A stretch of 53,572 nucleotides of DNA, taken from positions 1 through 53,572 of the IMG/VR virus record IMGVR_UViG_3300045957_000057. One strand, written 5' to 3'. Below the pieces are notes generated by a model, which was not told the origin of the DNA, searched no databases, and saw only the letters and a list, made by a program, of their open reading frames with translations. The position numbers and the translations under genes are program-made. Numbering within the stretch: position 1 is the first letter of the stretch; each line of letters opens with the position of its first letter. Shown here one piece after another: positions 38,751 through 48,196 of the stretch. This DNA comes from a virus. Lineage: Duplodnaviria > Caudoviricetes.

Positions 38751-39358
38751 CAGAGCAGCCGACGCTACGGACAGAGCAGCAGCGCGCCGGATGGGCTCAC
38801 GCAAGCGAGAACCCTGATCAGGCGACCGTGACCGGTATCGCCGCCGCGGCCGGCGTCAGCACCGGCACCGCTGCGAAATGGCTTCGGCAGTGGCGTGAAC
38901 AGCTCGGCGATGATCTCTTCCGATCCGAAGCGGCGACCGCTCGTGCTGAGCAGACGTTGGCGGCTCGTGAGGCGGTCGAGCTGATGTGGGACGATCTTCA
39001 CCTCACCGAGGCCCGCAACGCCGGTGTGACGGCTGGACGCATCCGGACGAAGATGCTGGAGCTTCTGCCGTCGGTGGCGACGGTTCGAGTCGATCGGGGT
39101 GCCGACGGTCAGTCGGAGCCGGTGCTCGTGCCGGGGCCGCCGGCTCGTGAGATCGAGCAGCTGTCTCGTGCGTACGTGCGTCTGCTTGAGGCGGCCGAGC
39201 TGATGTCGGGCCGGCCGACTCGGCACACTCGCCGGTCGGTGCCGTCTGATCAGTGGCAGCCGGCGGTGCCGGCTGATGCGATGTCGGACGAGGAGAAGCG
39301 TGCGAAGGTGCTCGACATCCGCGAGCGGCTGCTCGAACGACGGGCGGCGGGCGGATGA
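38747..39358 (+). CDS. Terminase small subunit (HTH)
   Basis: IAAAAGVSTGTAAKW HTH; upstream of the large subunit. Confidence 0.6.
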   Translation: MTEQPTLRTEQQRAGWAHASENPDQATVTGIAAAAGVSTGTAAKWLRQWREQLGDDLFRSEAATARAEQTLAAREAVELMWDDLHLTEARNAGVTAGRIRTKMLELLPSVATVRVDRGADGQSEPVLVPGPPAREIEQLSRAYVRLLEAAELMSGRPTRHTRRSVPSDQWQPAVPADAMSDEEKRAKVLDIRERLLERRAAGG

Positions 39359-39594
39359 CCGGGCACTCGTGCGATGTGTCGATCGGCTGGGTGATCGGGC
39401 CAGTCGGTGACGGTCGGCCGTCGGTGATCGACTACCGAGTGACGTGCCGGAGCTGCGGCATCGTCGACAAGGCCGGTCTGCACCGGCTCGCTGTCGGTCG
39501 GGCCGAAGCGCACGAGGCCGAGCACGACGCTCCGGCCGGCGGCCGGTGCGAGCCGGGCTTCGATCTCGACGAGCCGGAGAGGGCGGCCGGCTGA
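39355..39594 (+). CDS. Hypothetical protein
   Basis: Coupled ORF; CxxC. Confidence 0.45.
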   Translation: MTGHSCDVSIGWVIGPVGDGRPSVIDYRVTCRSCGIVDKAGLHRLAVGRAEAHEAEHDAPAGGRCEPGFDLDEPERAAG

Positions 39595-39667
39595 TGACGA
39601 TCGTCGCCGTGCTCGTGCTCGTTCTGATCGTGTGTCACTCGCTCATCACGATCGGCGAGCTGAGCTG

Positions 39668-39994
39668 ATGCCCTGCGGCCAGATGCACGAGCGGCACTGG
39701 TTCACTCGCCGGGGGCTGATGGACACCATGATCAGCGTGCTGCTCGAGGACGGCGGCGGACTCAGCTCGACCGAGCTGCGACAGCTGACCGAACCGCTCG
39801 GCGTGCCGTACGACCGCTTCGACGTCGTGCTGCGGTACCTCGTCCGTGCCGGCGACGTGATCCGTGTCGAACAACCAGACTGGCATCACGTCGTCGAGGT
39901 CCGCGACGATGAGCAGAGCTGGCCAGCCGAGTCGCATCTGTACTTCGCTGACCCGATGGCCGAGACGAGCTGGGCCGCGACCGCAGCGGCATGA
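39668..39994 (+). CDS. Hypothetical protein (winged-helix-like)
   Basis: Coupled to terminase. Confidence 0.45.
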   Translation: MPCGQMHERHWFTRRGLMDTMISVLLEDGGGLSSTELRQLTEPLGVPYDRFDVVLRYLVRAGDVIRVEQPDWHHVVEVRDDEQSWPAESHLYFADPMAETSWAATAAA

Positions 39995-41565
39995 CCGACA
40001 CGCTCGACCCGCTCGTCGACGAGCAGCTGCTCGATCTGCTGACCGACGACTTCGTCGCACAGCTCGAAGGCGACGAACTCGACGCTCTGCTCGAAGTGAT
40101 GCTCGACACGGTCACCGTGCCCGGACGCCGCGGCCTACAACCGCATCAGCTCCCACCGGCGGACTTCCAAGCCGGAGAGCAGTTCGCTTGGATGTTCCAG
40201 GCCGGCCGCGGCTCCGGCAAGACGATGTCGATGAGCGAAGAGCTGTACGATCACGTCATGCACGGCCCGCCGTGCGACCCGTTCGAGCCCGGCGGTCACC
40301 GGATGGCGATCGTCGCTCCGACGCTCGGCGACGTCGCGTCGTCGTGCTTTCTCGGCCCGTCCGGTCTCCGGCGGATCGATCCCCGGTTCAAGATGGTCTC
40401 TCGGAAGGGCGGCACGTTCGTCATCTTCCCGAACGGCGCCGAAGCGAAGTGCACCGGCGGCAAGACCGAAGACGACACCGAGCGGCTGCGAGCGGCCGGC
40501 AACCTGTGCCGAGCGTGGGTCGAAGAAGCGGCGGCGATCAAGCGGCTCGCTCTCGTGTGGCGTCAGCTGCAGTTCGCCGTGCGGATGGGGCCGCGGCCGC
40601 AAGTGCAGATGTCGTCGACACCGAAGCGGACGACGGCGTTCAAGCGGGTCGTCGACTCGCACCGGGTGACCGTCACTCGTGCCCGGACGGCCGACAACGT
40701 GTATCTGCCCGAGTCGGAGCGCAAGCGGCTGTACGAAGACCACCAGGGCACTCGGCTCGCAGCTCAAGAACTCGAAGGCGAACTCGTCGAAGAGACACCG
40801 GGCGCGCTGTGGACCGGCGACGTCGTCGACGAGCGCCGGATTCTGACGTCGAAGTTGCGGCTGGAGCTCCCGCCGGCGGACGAGACACGAGAGCAGTGGT
40901 TGCGGCGTGCGCTCGGTCTGACGACGGTCTTCGTCGGCGTCGACCCGGCGACGTCCGGCGCCGGCGACCGCACCGGCATCGTCGTCGTCGGCGGCGACAA
41001 CCCGGCGAAGCGGCCATCACGACAGCGTGATGTGTTCTTCCTCGAAGACCGCACCGCGCTGATGGTTCCGTCGACCGTCGATCTCGGCGAAGCGCTCGGC
41101 GACGACAAGCTCGACCCGAACATCGAGGGCTGGGGCGACGTGCTCGGCGAGGTCGCGATCCGGTGGGCGGCCGACGGCGTCGTCGTCGAACGGAACCGGC
41201 TCGGCCGCACCGCTCGCGCCGTGATCCGAGCAGCCGGATTCACCGGTCGGATCATCGAGATCGACGCCAAGGGCTCGAAGGCGAACCGTGCCGACGCTCT
41301 CCGGCAGACGTGGCGGCGGCGCTGCTGGATCGTCGACAAGCTCCGGCATCTCGAGGCCGAAATGACGACATGGGTGCCGGCCGAAGGCGACGATCCGGAG
41401 TTCGACGACGAGGCCGACGATCTGCACGAGTTCACCGGTTCGCCGGACGCTCTGGACGGGGCCGGTCATCCGGCTCGTCTGCTGCTCGGTCTCGAAGAGC
41501 CGATCGTGCCGGACTCCGGCCCGCTGTCGGATGCGATGCTCGCCGGCTGGCAGTCGGTCGCATGA
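39991..41565 (+). CDS. terL: Terminase large subunit
   Basis: AGRGSGKT Walker A, WVEEAA, STPK, QELEGE, GVDPA, VVERN, SPD.LD. Confidence 0.92.
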   Translation: MTDTLDPLVDEQLLDLLTDDFVAQLEGDELDALLEVMLDTVTVPGRRGLQPHQLPPADFQAGEQFAWMFQAGRGSGKTMSMSEELYDHVMHGPPCDPFEPGGHRMAIVAPTLGDVASSCFLGPSGLRRIDPRFKMVSRKGGTFVIFPNGAEAKCTGGKTEDDTERLRAAGNLCRAWVEEAAAIKRLALVWRQLQFAVRMGPRPQVQMSSTPKRTTAFKRVVDSHRVTVTRARTADNVYLPESERKRLYEDHQGTRLAAQELEGELVEETPGALWTGDVVDERRILTSKLRLELPPADETREQWLRRALGLTTVFVGVDPATSGAGDRTGIVVVGGDNPAKRPSRQRDVFFLEDRTALMVPSTVDLGEALGDDKLDPNIEGWGDVLGEVAIRWAADGVVVERNRLGRTARAVIRAAGFTGRIIEIDAKGSKANRADALRQTWRRRCWIVDKLRHLEAEMTTWVPAEGDDPEFDDEADDLHEFTGSPDALDGAGHPARLLLGLEEPIVPDSGPLSDAMLAGWQSVA

Positions 41566-41895
41566 TGTCCGAGTCGCAGCTGCTCCGGCTTCGGCTGCAT
41601 CTCCGGACGCTGATCGTTCTGTCGGTCGGCTACAGCGCTGCGATGTTCGTCGGTGTGCGTGCTGACCGGCTGCTCGTCGGCAACCGGAAGGGCCCTTCCA
41701 CTTCGGCGGGTGGAGGGGCCCTCCCGCGTCCCCTGCTACACTTGGCCTCGTCTTATCCAGCCCAGGTGGGTCCCGGACGCCGCTGGCTCCGGAGGGCGGT
41801 CCCTGGTGTTGATCCGTGGTGGCCACCACGTAAGCCGCCACGAGGAGCCAGGGGCCAAGCCCACCCCACCGACGGTGGTGGTGCACACTGGCCCC

Positions 41896-43173
41896 ATGAC
41901 TCAACCCACCGGCCTCATCTCCGACGAGCGGCCCGCCTGGTCCATCATCGATGCGGCCCGGGACATCACCGACCTCCCCCTGGTCACCGGCTTCGACTAC
42001 TGGCGCGGCGGCCTCGACGTCTGGTGGCGGGCCGCGCAGATCAACCGCATCCCGATCCGGTCCCTGTTCACGGCGTTCCCCGACGCGTCGATCGCCAATG
42101 TCGCCGACCCCGCGGTCTGGCCCGAAGCCAACGTGGTCATTGAGACCGGGCCCGGGGCCGGCAACCAGCTCGCCACGTTCCCCGACGGGGTGAAGCTGTC
42201 GGCGTCGCCGACCGAGATCACCCGCTTTCGGCCGTTCCGGGTCTACGCCCCGTCGGTCGAGCTTGAGCTCATGCAGGGCACCGGCCCGGGGGTCGGTCAG
42301 GACGACGCCCACGACCAGGCCGTCGCCATCGTCAATGCCCACATCACCGCCGGCGTGGTGGCCGAGTTCGCCGACTCTCTGACGACGAAAAATCCGGGCC
42401 TGTACCGCACAGCGGTCGACCAGTCCGGGCCAGCTGCGGTCGACATGGCGGTCGCCATCGCCACCCTCTACGAGGCCCACGGCCGCCTCCCCGCCGGGAC
42501 CGGCCCCGACAACGATCTCAGCCTCACCGGCGGATCCGGAGACGCCCGCCTGACCGTCCCGTATCACGCCATCCCCGGCCTCGTCGAGCGCAACCTGGCC
42601 CGCTGGCAGGGCGGCCGGCTGATCGACTGCTACGGCAACCCGGTCATCACCGGCCCCGGGTACGTGGGCCGCGGGCCCCTCACGGTCAACGACCCGGACG
42701 TCGCCGTCGACCTTGAGTCCAGCGTCGCCCCGGCCGAGGGCGAAGGGTGGTTCTACATCAGCCACGCCCCCTACGTCGCCGTCGGACCGTTCATGCCGGC
42801 GGTGGAGGGCGAGATCGGGCGGAATGCCCCGCGGGGCGCCCACGCGAAGGCCAACGAGGCCGTGGGCCTGGCCGAGGCCCCGGCCATCGTGGTCTTCCGT
42901 CCCGAGCGGGTGTTCGCCGTCAACACCGTCATCGACGATCGGGGTCGCCCCGGCGGCGGCGGCCGGGGCCAGCACGGTCACGCCATCAAGCTCGGTATCG
43001 ACCGCGGTCTGCGGGGTCCCGGTGTCGGATCGTGGAAGCCGCCGGAGGAACAGGCGGCCGTCGGTGTCGCGCATGACGACAACGGAGGCAGTCGGATTGC
43101 CGCTTCCGCCTCCGCCACCGCCGGCGGTCAGGGGAGTTGGAGCTGGGAGAGTCATGTCACAGAACCTCGTTGA
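41896..43173 (+). CDS. Divergent second copy of the capsid pentamer-like gene with an ~80-aa non-native C-terminus
   Basis: Shares PAWSIIDAAR, AEFADSLTTKNPGLYR, VGLAEAPAIVVFRP with gene 4065; CACACT-6nt-ATG promoter. Confidence 0.75.
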   Translation: MTQPTGLISDERPAWSIIDAARDITDLPLVTGFDYWRGGLDVWWRAAQINRIPIRSLFTAFPDASIANVADPAVWPEANVVIETGPGAGNQLATFPDGVKLSASPTEITRFRPFRVYAPSVELELMQGTGPGVGQDDAHDQAVAIVNAHITAGVVAEFADSLTTKNPGLYRTAVDQSGPAAVDMAVAIATLYEAHGRLPAGTGPDNDLSLTGGSGDARLTVPYHAIPGLVERNLARWQGGRLIDCYGNPVITGPGYVGRGPLTVNDPDVAVDLESSVAPAEGEGWFYISHAPYVAVGPFMPAVEGEIGRNAPRGAHAKANEAVGLAEAPAIVVFRPERVFAVNTVIDDRGRPGGGGRGQHGHAIKLGIDRGLRGPGVGSWKPPEEQAAVGVAHDDNGGSRIAASASATAGGQGSWSWESHVTEPR

Positions 43174-43204
43174 TGACGGTGTTGACGGCGAACACCCGCT
43201 CGGG
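42901..43204. repeat. 33-bp perfect inverted repeat pair (42901-42933 / 43172-43204) bounding an inverted segment
   Basis: cccgagcgggtgttcgccgtcaacaccgtcatc and its reverse complement; 37/38 when extended. Confidence 0.92.
42940..43155 (-). pseudogene. Inverted 5' fragment of a gene-5104 homolog
   Basis: MTLPAPTPLTAGGGGGGSGNPTASVVVMRD...LFLRRLPR vs MTLPAADPVGFGSGGGGGSGNSTATVLLMRD...LFLRRLPR. Confidence 0.8.
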
Positions 43205-43283
43205 CGTCGTGATCGGCTGCTGCGTGTGGGCCGCGGCCGTTGCCGGTGTCGTGCTGATGTGGTGTCGGGCGGTCATACAACCG

Positions 43284-43338
43284 TAGAACCGGCGTGCTAC
43301 TCTTGTGCTCACGTAACCACAAGAGAGGAAACCACTCA
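43284..43338 (+). promoter_or_regulatory. Early promoter TAGAAC-N4-GTGCTA, -10 TACTCT, GAGGAAACCACTCA at RBS
   Basis: Repeat motif. Confidence 0.75.
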
Positions 43339-43339
43339 C

Positions 43340-44380
43340 ATGGCACACGAGCTTGAACTCACTGGCGACGGCGTCGCGTCGTTCGCTTACTCGAAGAATT
43401 ACGGCGATCCGTGGCACCGGCTCGGCACTCCGCTCGACGGTCTGTCGGACGTCGACACGATCCTGCAGCTGAGCCGAGCTGACTACGAGGTGCACAAGGC
43501 GACGCTGCTCACGCCGGACCCGGCACCGAGTCGGCGAGACGGCATCGGCCGGCCGATGCTCGACACCGGCAGCTCGTACACGTGGCGCACTCGACCGATC
43601 TGGATCGGCGACGACGGTCAGCCTCGAGGCGGCGACCGGCACGTGCTCGGCATCGTCGGCAACGACTACCCGGTTGTGCAGAACCGGCAGCTGACCGAGC
43701 TGGCCCTGCGACTCGTCGGAGCGCTGCCGGGCGACCGCACGATCGACTGCGCCGGCGTGCTCGACGACGGCCGCCGGTTCTTCTTGACGATCCCGCTCGA
43801 CGACATCGTGCTCGACCCGTCCGGCGTCGCCGACGTGCACGGCCGCAACCTCGTCGTCTCGACCGGTCACGACGGGCACTGGGCGATCAACTTCGTGCAC
43901 GGCATCGTGCGAGCGGTCTGCGCGAACACCGTGCAGGCGGCGAACGACTCGGCGCACTGGCTCGTCACGATCCCGCACCGGGGCAAGTTCGATCCGGATC
44001 GGATCTCGCTGCAGCGTGCGCTCGGTCTCGCCGAGCGCGGCGGCTCGGTGTTCGAGGAGACCGCGGTCAAGCTGCTCGGCATGCCGGCGTCGTTCGACGT
44101 TGTCGTGTCGACGCATGACCGGATCTGGGGCGCTGCTCGTGCGAAGTCGATCCGTGTGAACCGGCTCAACACGCTGGAGACGCTGTGGACGTCAGACACC
44201 AACGTCGGCGCTGTCGGAGCGAACCGGTGGGCGGCGCTGATGACGTTCTCGGAGTACTTCGAGCATCGGCAGCAGTTCGCCGGCTCGAAGCGGCCGGGAG
44301 CTCGACCGCTGCGGGCGACCGGTGTCGGCGGCATGCACACTCGGATCACGCAGGCCCGCAAGATCCTGGAGACGATCTGA
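43340..44380 (+). CDS. DUF932/DUF945-family phage/plasmid protein
   Basis: MAHEL...PWH.LG, Y.VVQN, GHDG, VR.VC.NT motifs. Confidence 0.8.
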   Translation: MAHELELTGDGVASFAYSKNYGDPWHRLGTPLDGLSDVDTILQLSRADYEVHKATLLTPDPAPSRRDGIGRPMLDTGSSYTWRTRPIWIGDDGQPRGGDRHVLGIVGNDYPVVQNRQLTELALRLVGALPGDRTIDCAGVLDDGRRFFLTIPLDDIVLDPSGVADVHGRNLVVSTGHDGHWAINFVHGIVRAVCANTVQAANDSAHWLVTIPHRGKFDPDRISLQRALGLAERGGSVFEETAVKLLGMPASFDVVVSTHDRIWGAARAKSIRVNRLNTLETLWTSDTNVGAVGANRWAALMTFSEYFEHRQQFAGSKRPGARPLRATGVGGMHTRITQARKILETI

Positions 44381-45096
44381 TGGCAGATCTGATCCCAGGG
44401 AGCACGACGCTGCAGCTCAACGAAGACACCGAGCTGATGATCAACACCGATACGGACGGCGGCCGGATCGCTCTCCGTGTCTACGAGTCCGGCGAGTGGG
44501 TCACGGTCGAGACGTCTCCGCTGTCGGCGATGGCGCTGACGTCGGCGTCGAACTATCTGCGGTCGGCTGCTCGGCAGCTGACCGGCTCGGAGGCGTCCGA
44601 TGGCTGATCTCGCAACGGTCTTCACGATCCAGACGGCCGAGCTGCCGCCGGACATCATGTCGCCGCGCTTCGTGTGGCGTGTCGTCGTCGAGCGTGTCGT
44701 CGTCGCTCGATCGAACGTGGCCGAGCGCAGCAAGAACGATGCTGTAGCGGCGGCCGAGTCGGCGATCGTCGAGCTGACGGAGACGCCGGCGACGACGATC
44801 GGAGGCCATCACTGGTCGACGGCCGGCACACGGACGCACGTCGTCGAGCAACCGGGGAGCGTGACCGCATGAGCACCGAGCTGTACGACGGCAGCGGCCG
44901 TCCGGTGATCGACAGCTACCGAGAGGGCGACGTCGTCGCCTTCGACGCCGGCGATCTCTATCCGAAGGGTCAGATGCACGAGCTGAAGATGCAACGGAAG
45001 CTCGGGCGGCGGCCGGCACTCAAGCCGTACATCGAGGCCGTCGGTCACTACGTCGAAGCGTCGAGCCGGTACGTCGAGATCTGCGAGGGCGGCTGA
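44380..45096 (+). CDS. Three small coupled hypothetical ORFs (44380-44607, 44600-44872, 44869-45096)
   Basis: Overlapping start/stop codons. Confidence 0.5.
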
Positions 45097-45149
45097 TGAC
45101 ACCGGAGCAGATCGCCGTCGAAGCCGCCGGGTCGACCGACGTGCAACCG

Positions 45150-45190
45150 TAGAACCGACGTACTAGAGTGGTGCTCATGGAAACCACTCA
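45150..45190 (+). promoter_or_regulatory. Early promoter TAGAAC-N4-GTACTA, -10 TAGAGT, leaderless ATG
   Basis: Repeat motif. Confidence 0.75.
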
Positions 45191-46501
45191 CGACACAGCA
45201 CCGCTCTACATCAGCGAGCAGCGCGGCATCATCCGCTGCGGCCGTCACGGCGGCATGTACATGGAAACGGCCTACGCCGCCGACCAGGGCGCCGACGAGC
45301 TGACAGACTGCGATCCGGACGCTTCTGATCTGCGAGGCGTGTGCTGATGCCGCAGCTGCTCGCAACGACGAACGGCGTCGTCACATGCGACGCTCACACT
45401 CCGGCCGATGACCGGCCGCGGCGCCGAGTCGACATCGGCCGCTGTCTGCCGTGCGAGGTCGACGCCGGCCGGATGACGCCGCCGATCGTCTCAGGCCTCG
45501 AGGCCGAAGAGCTTGCCGACGTGATGCGTCGGCTCCCGCAGATCGATCCAGCTCGGCCGTTCGCGAAGGTCGAGACGTCGACCGGCCGCGAGTGGTATGT
45601 GTGGCCGGGCTACGCCGCGACGGCGGCGGTCGGTCCGGTGATCGAGTTCGCCGATCTCGATCTCGAGGGACAGTGATGATCGAGATCGGTTTGCTCGACG
45701 TGCGGTCGCTGCTCGTCTTCCTCGTGACGCTGCTCGTGCTCGGCACGAGTGTCGCCGTCGCTGCCCATGTCGGCCCGAGCGTCAACGTCACCCGGATCGC
45801 TCTCGGCGTCGGATGTTGGAACGTCCGACGGCGCGTCGCTCGTCGAACCAGATCCGGACCCCGACCTGTGAGGACGGCTACCGGACTCGCGAAGGAGGAC
45901 CCGAAGCTGCGTAGGCTGGGACTGCTCCGCTCGACAGATCGGGCGGCGTCATGAGACCGGCCGATCTGCAGCTGTTCGGCCCGACGGAGGTCGCAGCGAT
46001 GTACGAGCGCCGAGTGCAAGCACGAGAGGCCGTCGAGCGCGAGCGGAGCCGCCGACGGTTTCAGCTCGTCATCGCCGGCATCGTCAGCTGGCTGTTCGGC
46101 GTCTTCGTGATCGGCTTCCCGTGGGGAATGCTGCTCATACCGCTGACGCTCGCCGTCGCGTGGGGCACGATGAAGTGCGTGGAGCGGTTCGGGTGAGCTT
46201 CGTCACCGGCATTGTCGTAGGGATCGCCGGTGTGTTCGGAGCGAGCGCGGCAGTCGTCGCCGGTCTCATCGTCGCAGCGATGCGCGTTGACCGGCGGCGA
46301 GCGGGGGCGCAGCTGCTCGACGACGGGCTGCCGCCGGGCGTCATGATCGCCGACGGTGACGGTCGGAGCCGCACCGTCGAGTGGTGGTGCATGATCTGTG
46401 GCACGTCGAGCGTGACCGGCCGGTCTACGATGCACGGACCGCGGTTCCACAAGTGCGGCGAGCTGCACTCGACTCCGAGCCGGAGCCGCGGCATCGACTG
46501 A
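45177..46501 (+). CDS. Small ORFs 45177-45347 (METTHD...), 45347-45676, 45676-45954, 45951-46196, 46193-46501; last three have TM helices
   Basis: Coupled chain of ORFs. Confidence 0.5.
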
Positions 46502-47373
46502 TGCCGATCACGTACGACGACAAGCGGATCTACCTCGATGACAACCCGCCGGCGCGGTCTCAGTTCCGTGTCGGCCGTCGTGATCCGGTGCGGTCTGTCA
46601 TCGTCGTGCACACCGCCGAGTCGGGCACCGATCTGACCGGTCCGGATCTCAAGGCCGAGAGCGTCGCCGGCTTCATCGTCCGCCGATCGACGCCGGGCTC
46701 GTACCACTTGCTCGGCGACGCCGACTCGATCATCCGGCTGATCCGGTTCGAGAACGAGGCGTTCCACGACCGCACCGGCTCGAACCGGTGGGCGATCGGC
46801 ATCTCGCTCGCGATGAACGCCGGCGACTGGCCGACGTTGCCGGAGCACCGGCGGCAGCAGTTCGTCGCGACGGCGGCCGAGATGGCCGTGATCGCCGGGA
46901 GCTGGCTCGCAGACCGCGGTGTCGGCTGGCCCGAGCCGGTGCTGCTGACGAAGCAGCAGTCGGATCGGTCGGACGCGTCCGGCTTCATCTCGCACGGTCG
47001 TCGAGATCCGGGCCGCCGGTCTGACCCCGGTGTAGCGTTCCCGTGGCTCGACTTCTTCGAGCAGTATCGACGTCGAGCTCCTGCCGGCGTCTTCACCCCG
47101 GACAGCGGAAGCGAGATCATCGTGCCAGAGCAGCGCATGACGTGGGAAGAGGTGCAGCAAGCACTCAACGACGCCGGCTTCGACGCCGGTACCGTCGACG
47201 GTGATCCGTGGACGAAGACGAGAGCGGCGTTCCGTGAGGCGCTGACCGCTGCTCAGGACCCGAAGCTGCCGGATGGGCTCGATCTCGAGGCTCTGATCCG
47301 GAAGGCGGCGAAGTACGACCGGATCTTCGAGGGGGTCAAGGGCATCCGTGAGTCGTTGGGGCTCGGCATCTGA
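46501..47373 (+). CDS. Endolysin: N-acetylmuramoyl-L-alanine amidase plus peptidoglycan-binding domain
   Basis: IVVHTAE, SYH, AFH, IGI, H....SDPG..FPW; VQQAL..AGF..G.VDG..G/W..T. Confidence 0.85.
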   Translation: MPITYDDKRIYLDDNPPARSQFRVGRRDPVRSVIVVHTAESGTDLTGPDLKAESVAGFIVRRSTPGSYHLLGDADSIIRLIRFENEAFHDRTGSNRWAIGISLAMNAGDWPTLPEHRRQQFVATAAEMAVIAGSWLADRGVGWPEPVLLTKQQSDRSDASGFISHGRRDPGRRSDPGVAFPWLDFFEQYRRRAPAGVFTPDSGSEIIVPEQRMTWEEVQQALNDAGFDAGTVDGDPWTKTRAAFREALTAAQDPKLPDGLDLEALIRKAAKYDRIFEGVKGIRESLGLGI

Positions 47374-47519
47374 TGACCGGTCGGCGGCAACTCGAACCGG
47401 GCACACCGGCGCATCGGATCGGTGTCGTGCTGGCGCTCGGCATCGTGGTCTTCTTCGCTGTGGTGGTCATGTCGCTCGCAGCGTGGATCATCGTCGAGAT
47501 CTGGCGGGCGATTCTGTGA
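47373..47519 (+). CDS. 48-aa single-TM protein (holin candidate)
   Basis: Coupled to the lysin; IGVVLALGIVVFFAVVVMSLAAWIIV. Confidence 0.5.
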   Translation: MTGRRQLEPGTPAHRIGVVLALGIVVFFAVVVMSLAAWIIVEIWRAIL

Positions 47520-47741
47520 CGTCGCCGGCGGTGTGCGCCGGAGCGCACTGCTCGAACCGGCCGACGACAACCGTACGGCTCTCGCTCTACCGGGGCCGGG
47601 TCGCTCTCGAAGCGCTCGCTGTGCTCGGCAGGGTGCCGGTCTGCAGCCCGTGCTCGGTCGAGCTGGCCGCCGGCGAGTTCGTCGGTCTCGTCTCGACCGA
47701 TCTCGGGCAGTGACGGCCGGCCGGCGTCTACCGTGTGACGG

Positions 47742-48086
47742 ATGGATGACGAGATCGATCGTGCAGCTGAGAGCATCGAGCAGCTGATCGAGCGGCACAT
47801 CTCTGCTGCAGTGACCGAAGCGTTGCGGCCGATCGAGGGATGGGTTCGGCAGCAGATCGCCCAAGCTCTGTCGGCTCACGCCGGCGAGCGACCGCATCTG
47901 ACCGACGACGACGTGCAGCGGATCGCTCTCGACATGCAGCTCGGGCCGGCACCGAACACGGGACAGCTGCCGGTGATACCGCCGGACGCGACGCAGACGA
48001 TCGTGATGCGTGACGATCCGACTGTGACTCGCCGGATGGTCCGCTCGACACCGCCAGCTGCGCCGGAGTGGCCAAAGCGGCGCTAG
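47742..48086 (+). CDS. Hypothetical protein
   Basis: Plausible composition. Confidence 0.5.
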   Translation: MDDEIDRAAESIEQLIERHISAAVTEALRPIEGWVRQQIAQALSAHAGERPHLTDDDVQRIALDMQLGPAPNTGQLPVIPPDATQTIVMRDDPTVTRRMVRSTPPAAPEWPKRR

Positions 48087-48193
48087 CTCAGCAGTAGCAG
48101 CCACATGACGGTTGCGCCGGCGACCATGCCGACGGCGAGCGTCACGAGCGCGTACACGAGTGTGCGACCGATCGGCCGGTGTTCGAGTTTCAC
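48083..48193 (-). CDS. 36-aa TM peptide
   Basis: MKLEHRPIGRTLVYALVTLAVGMVAGATVMWLLLLS*. Confidence 0.5.
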   Translation of the reverse strand: MKLEHRPIGRTLVYALVTLAVGMVAGATVMWLLLLS

Positions 48194-48196
48194 TGC

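Larger units (their letters stand above)
41682..43204. other. Foreign insertion from the head operon of a related phage
   Basis: Different word usage (many CCC/GGG/CCTG); hairpin + promoter + homologs of genes 4065 and 5104. Confidence 0.75.
41562..43286 (+). pseudogene. Small two-TM membrane gene split by the 1.5-kb insertion
   Basis: Joining 41562-41681 to 43206-43286 gives MMSESQ...DRLLVG|VVIGCCVWAAAVAGVVLMWCRAVIQP*. Confidence 0.6.

Noticed and set aside
41017-42900. Remainder of the 712-aa minus-strand ORF
   Set aside because: Antisense shadow of the capsid paralog and terminase; only the first ~70 codons have a homolog
41896-43173. DGR template/variable repeat pair with gene 4065
   Set aside because: Differences are not adenine-specific and no reverse transcriptase is present
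41682-43204. IS/transposon
   Set aside because: No transposase, the inverted repeats are internal rather than terminal, and there is only 3-bp microhomology
42713-43339. N-terminal extension of the DUF932 gene
   Set aside because: Promoter and RBS place the start at 43340; the upstream open frame crosses the insertion junction
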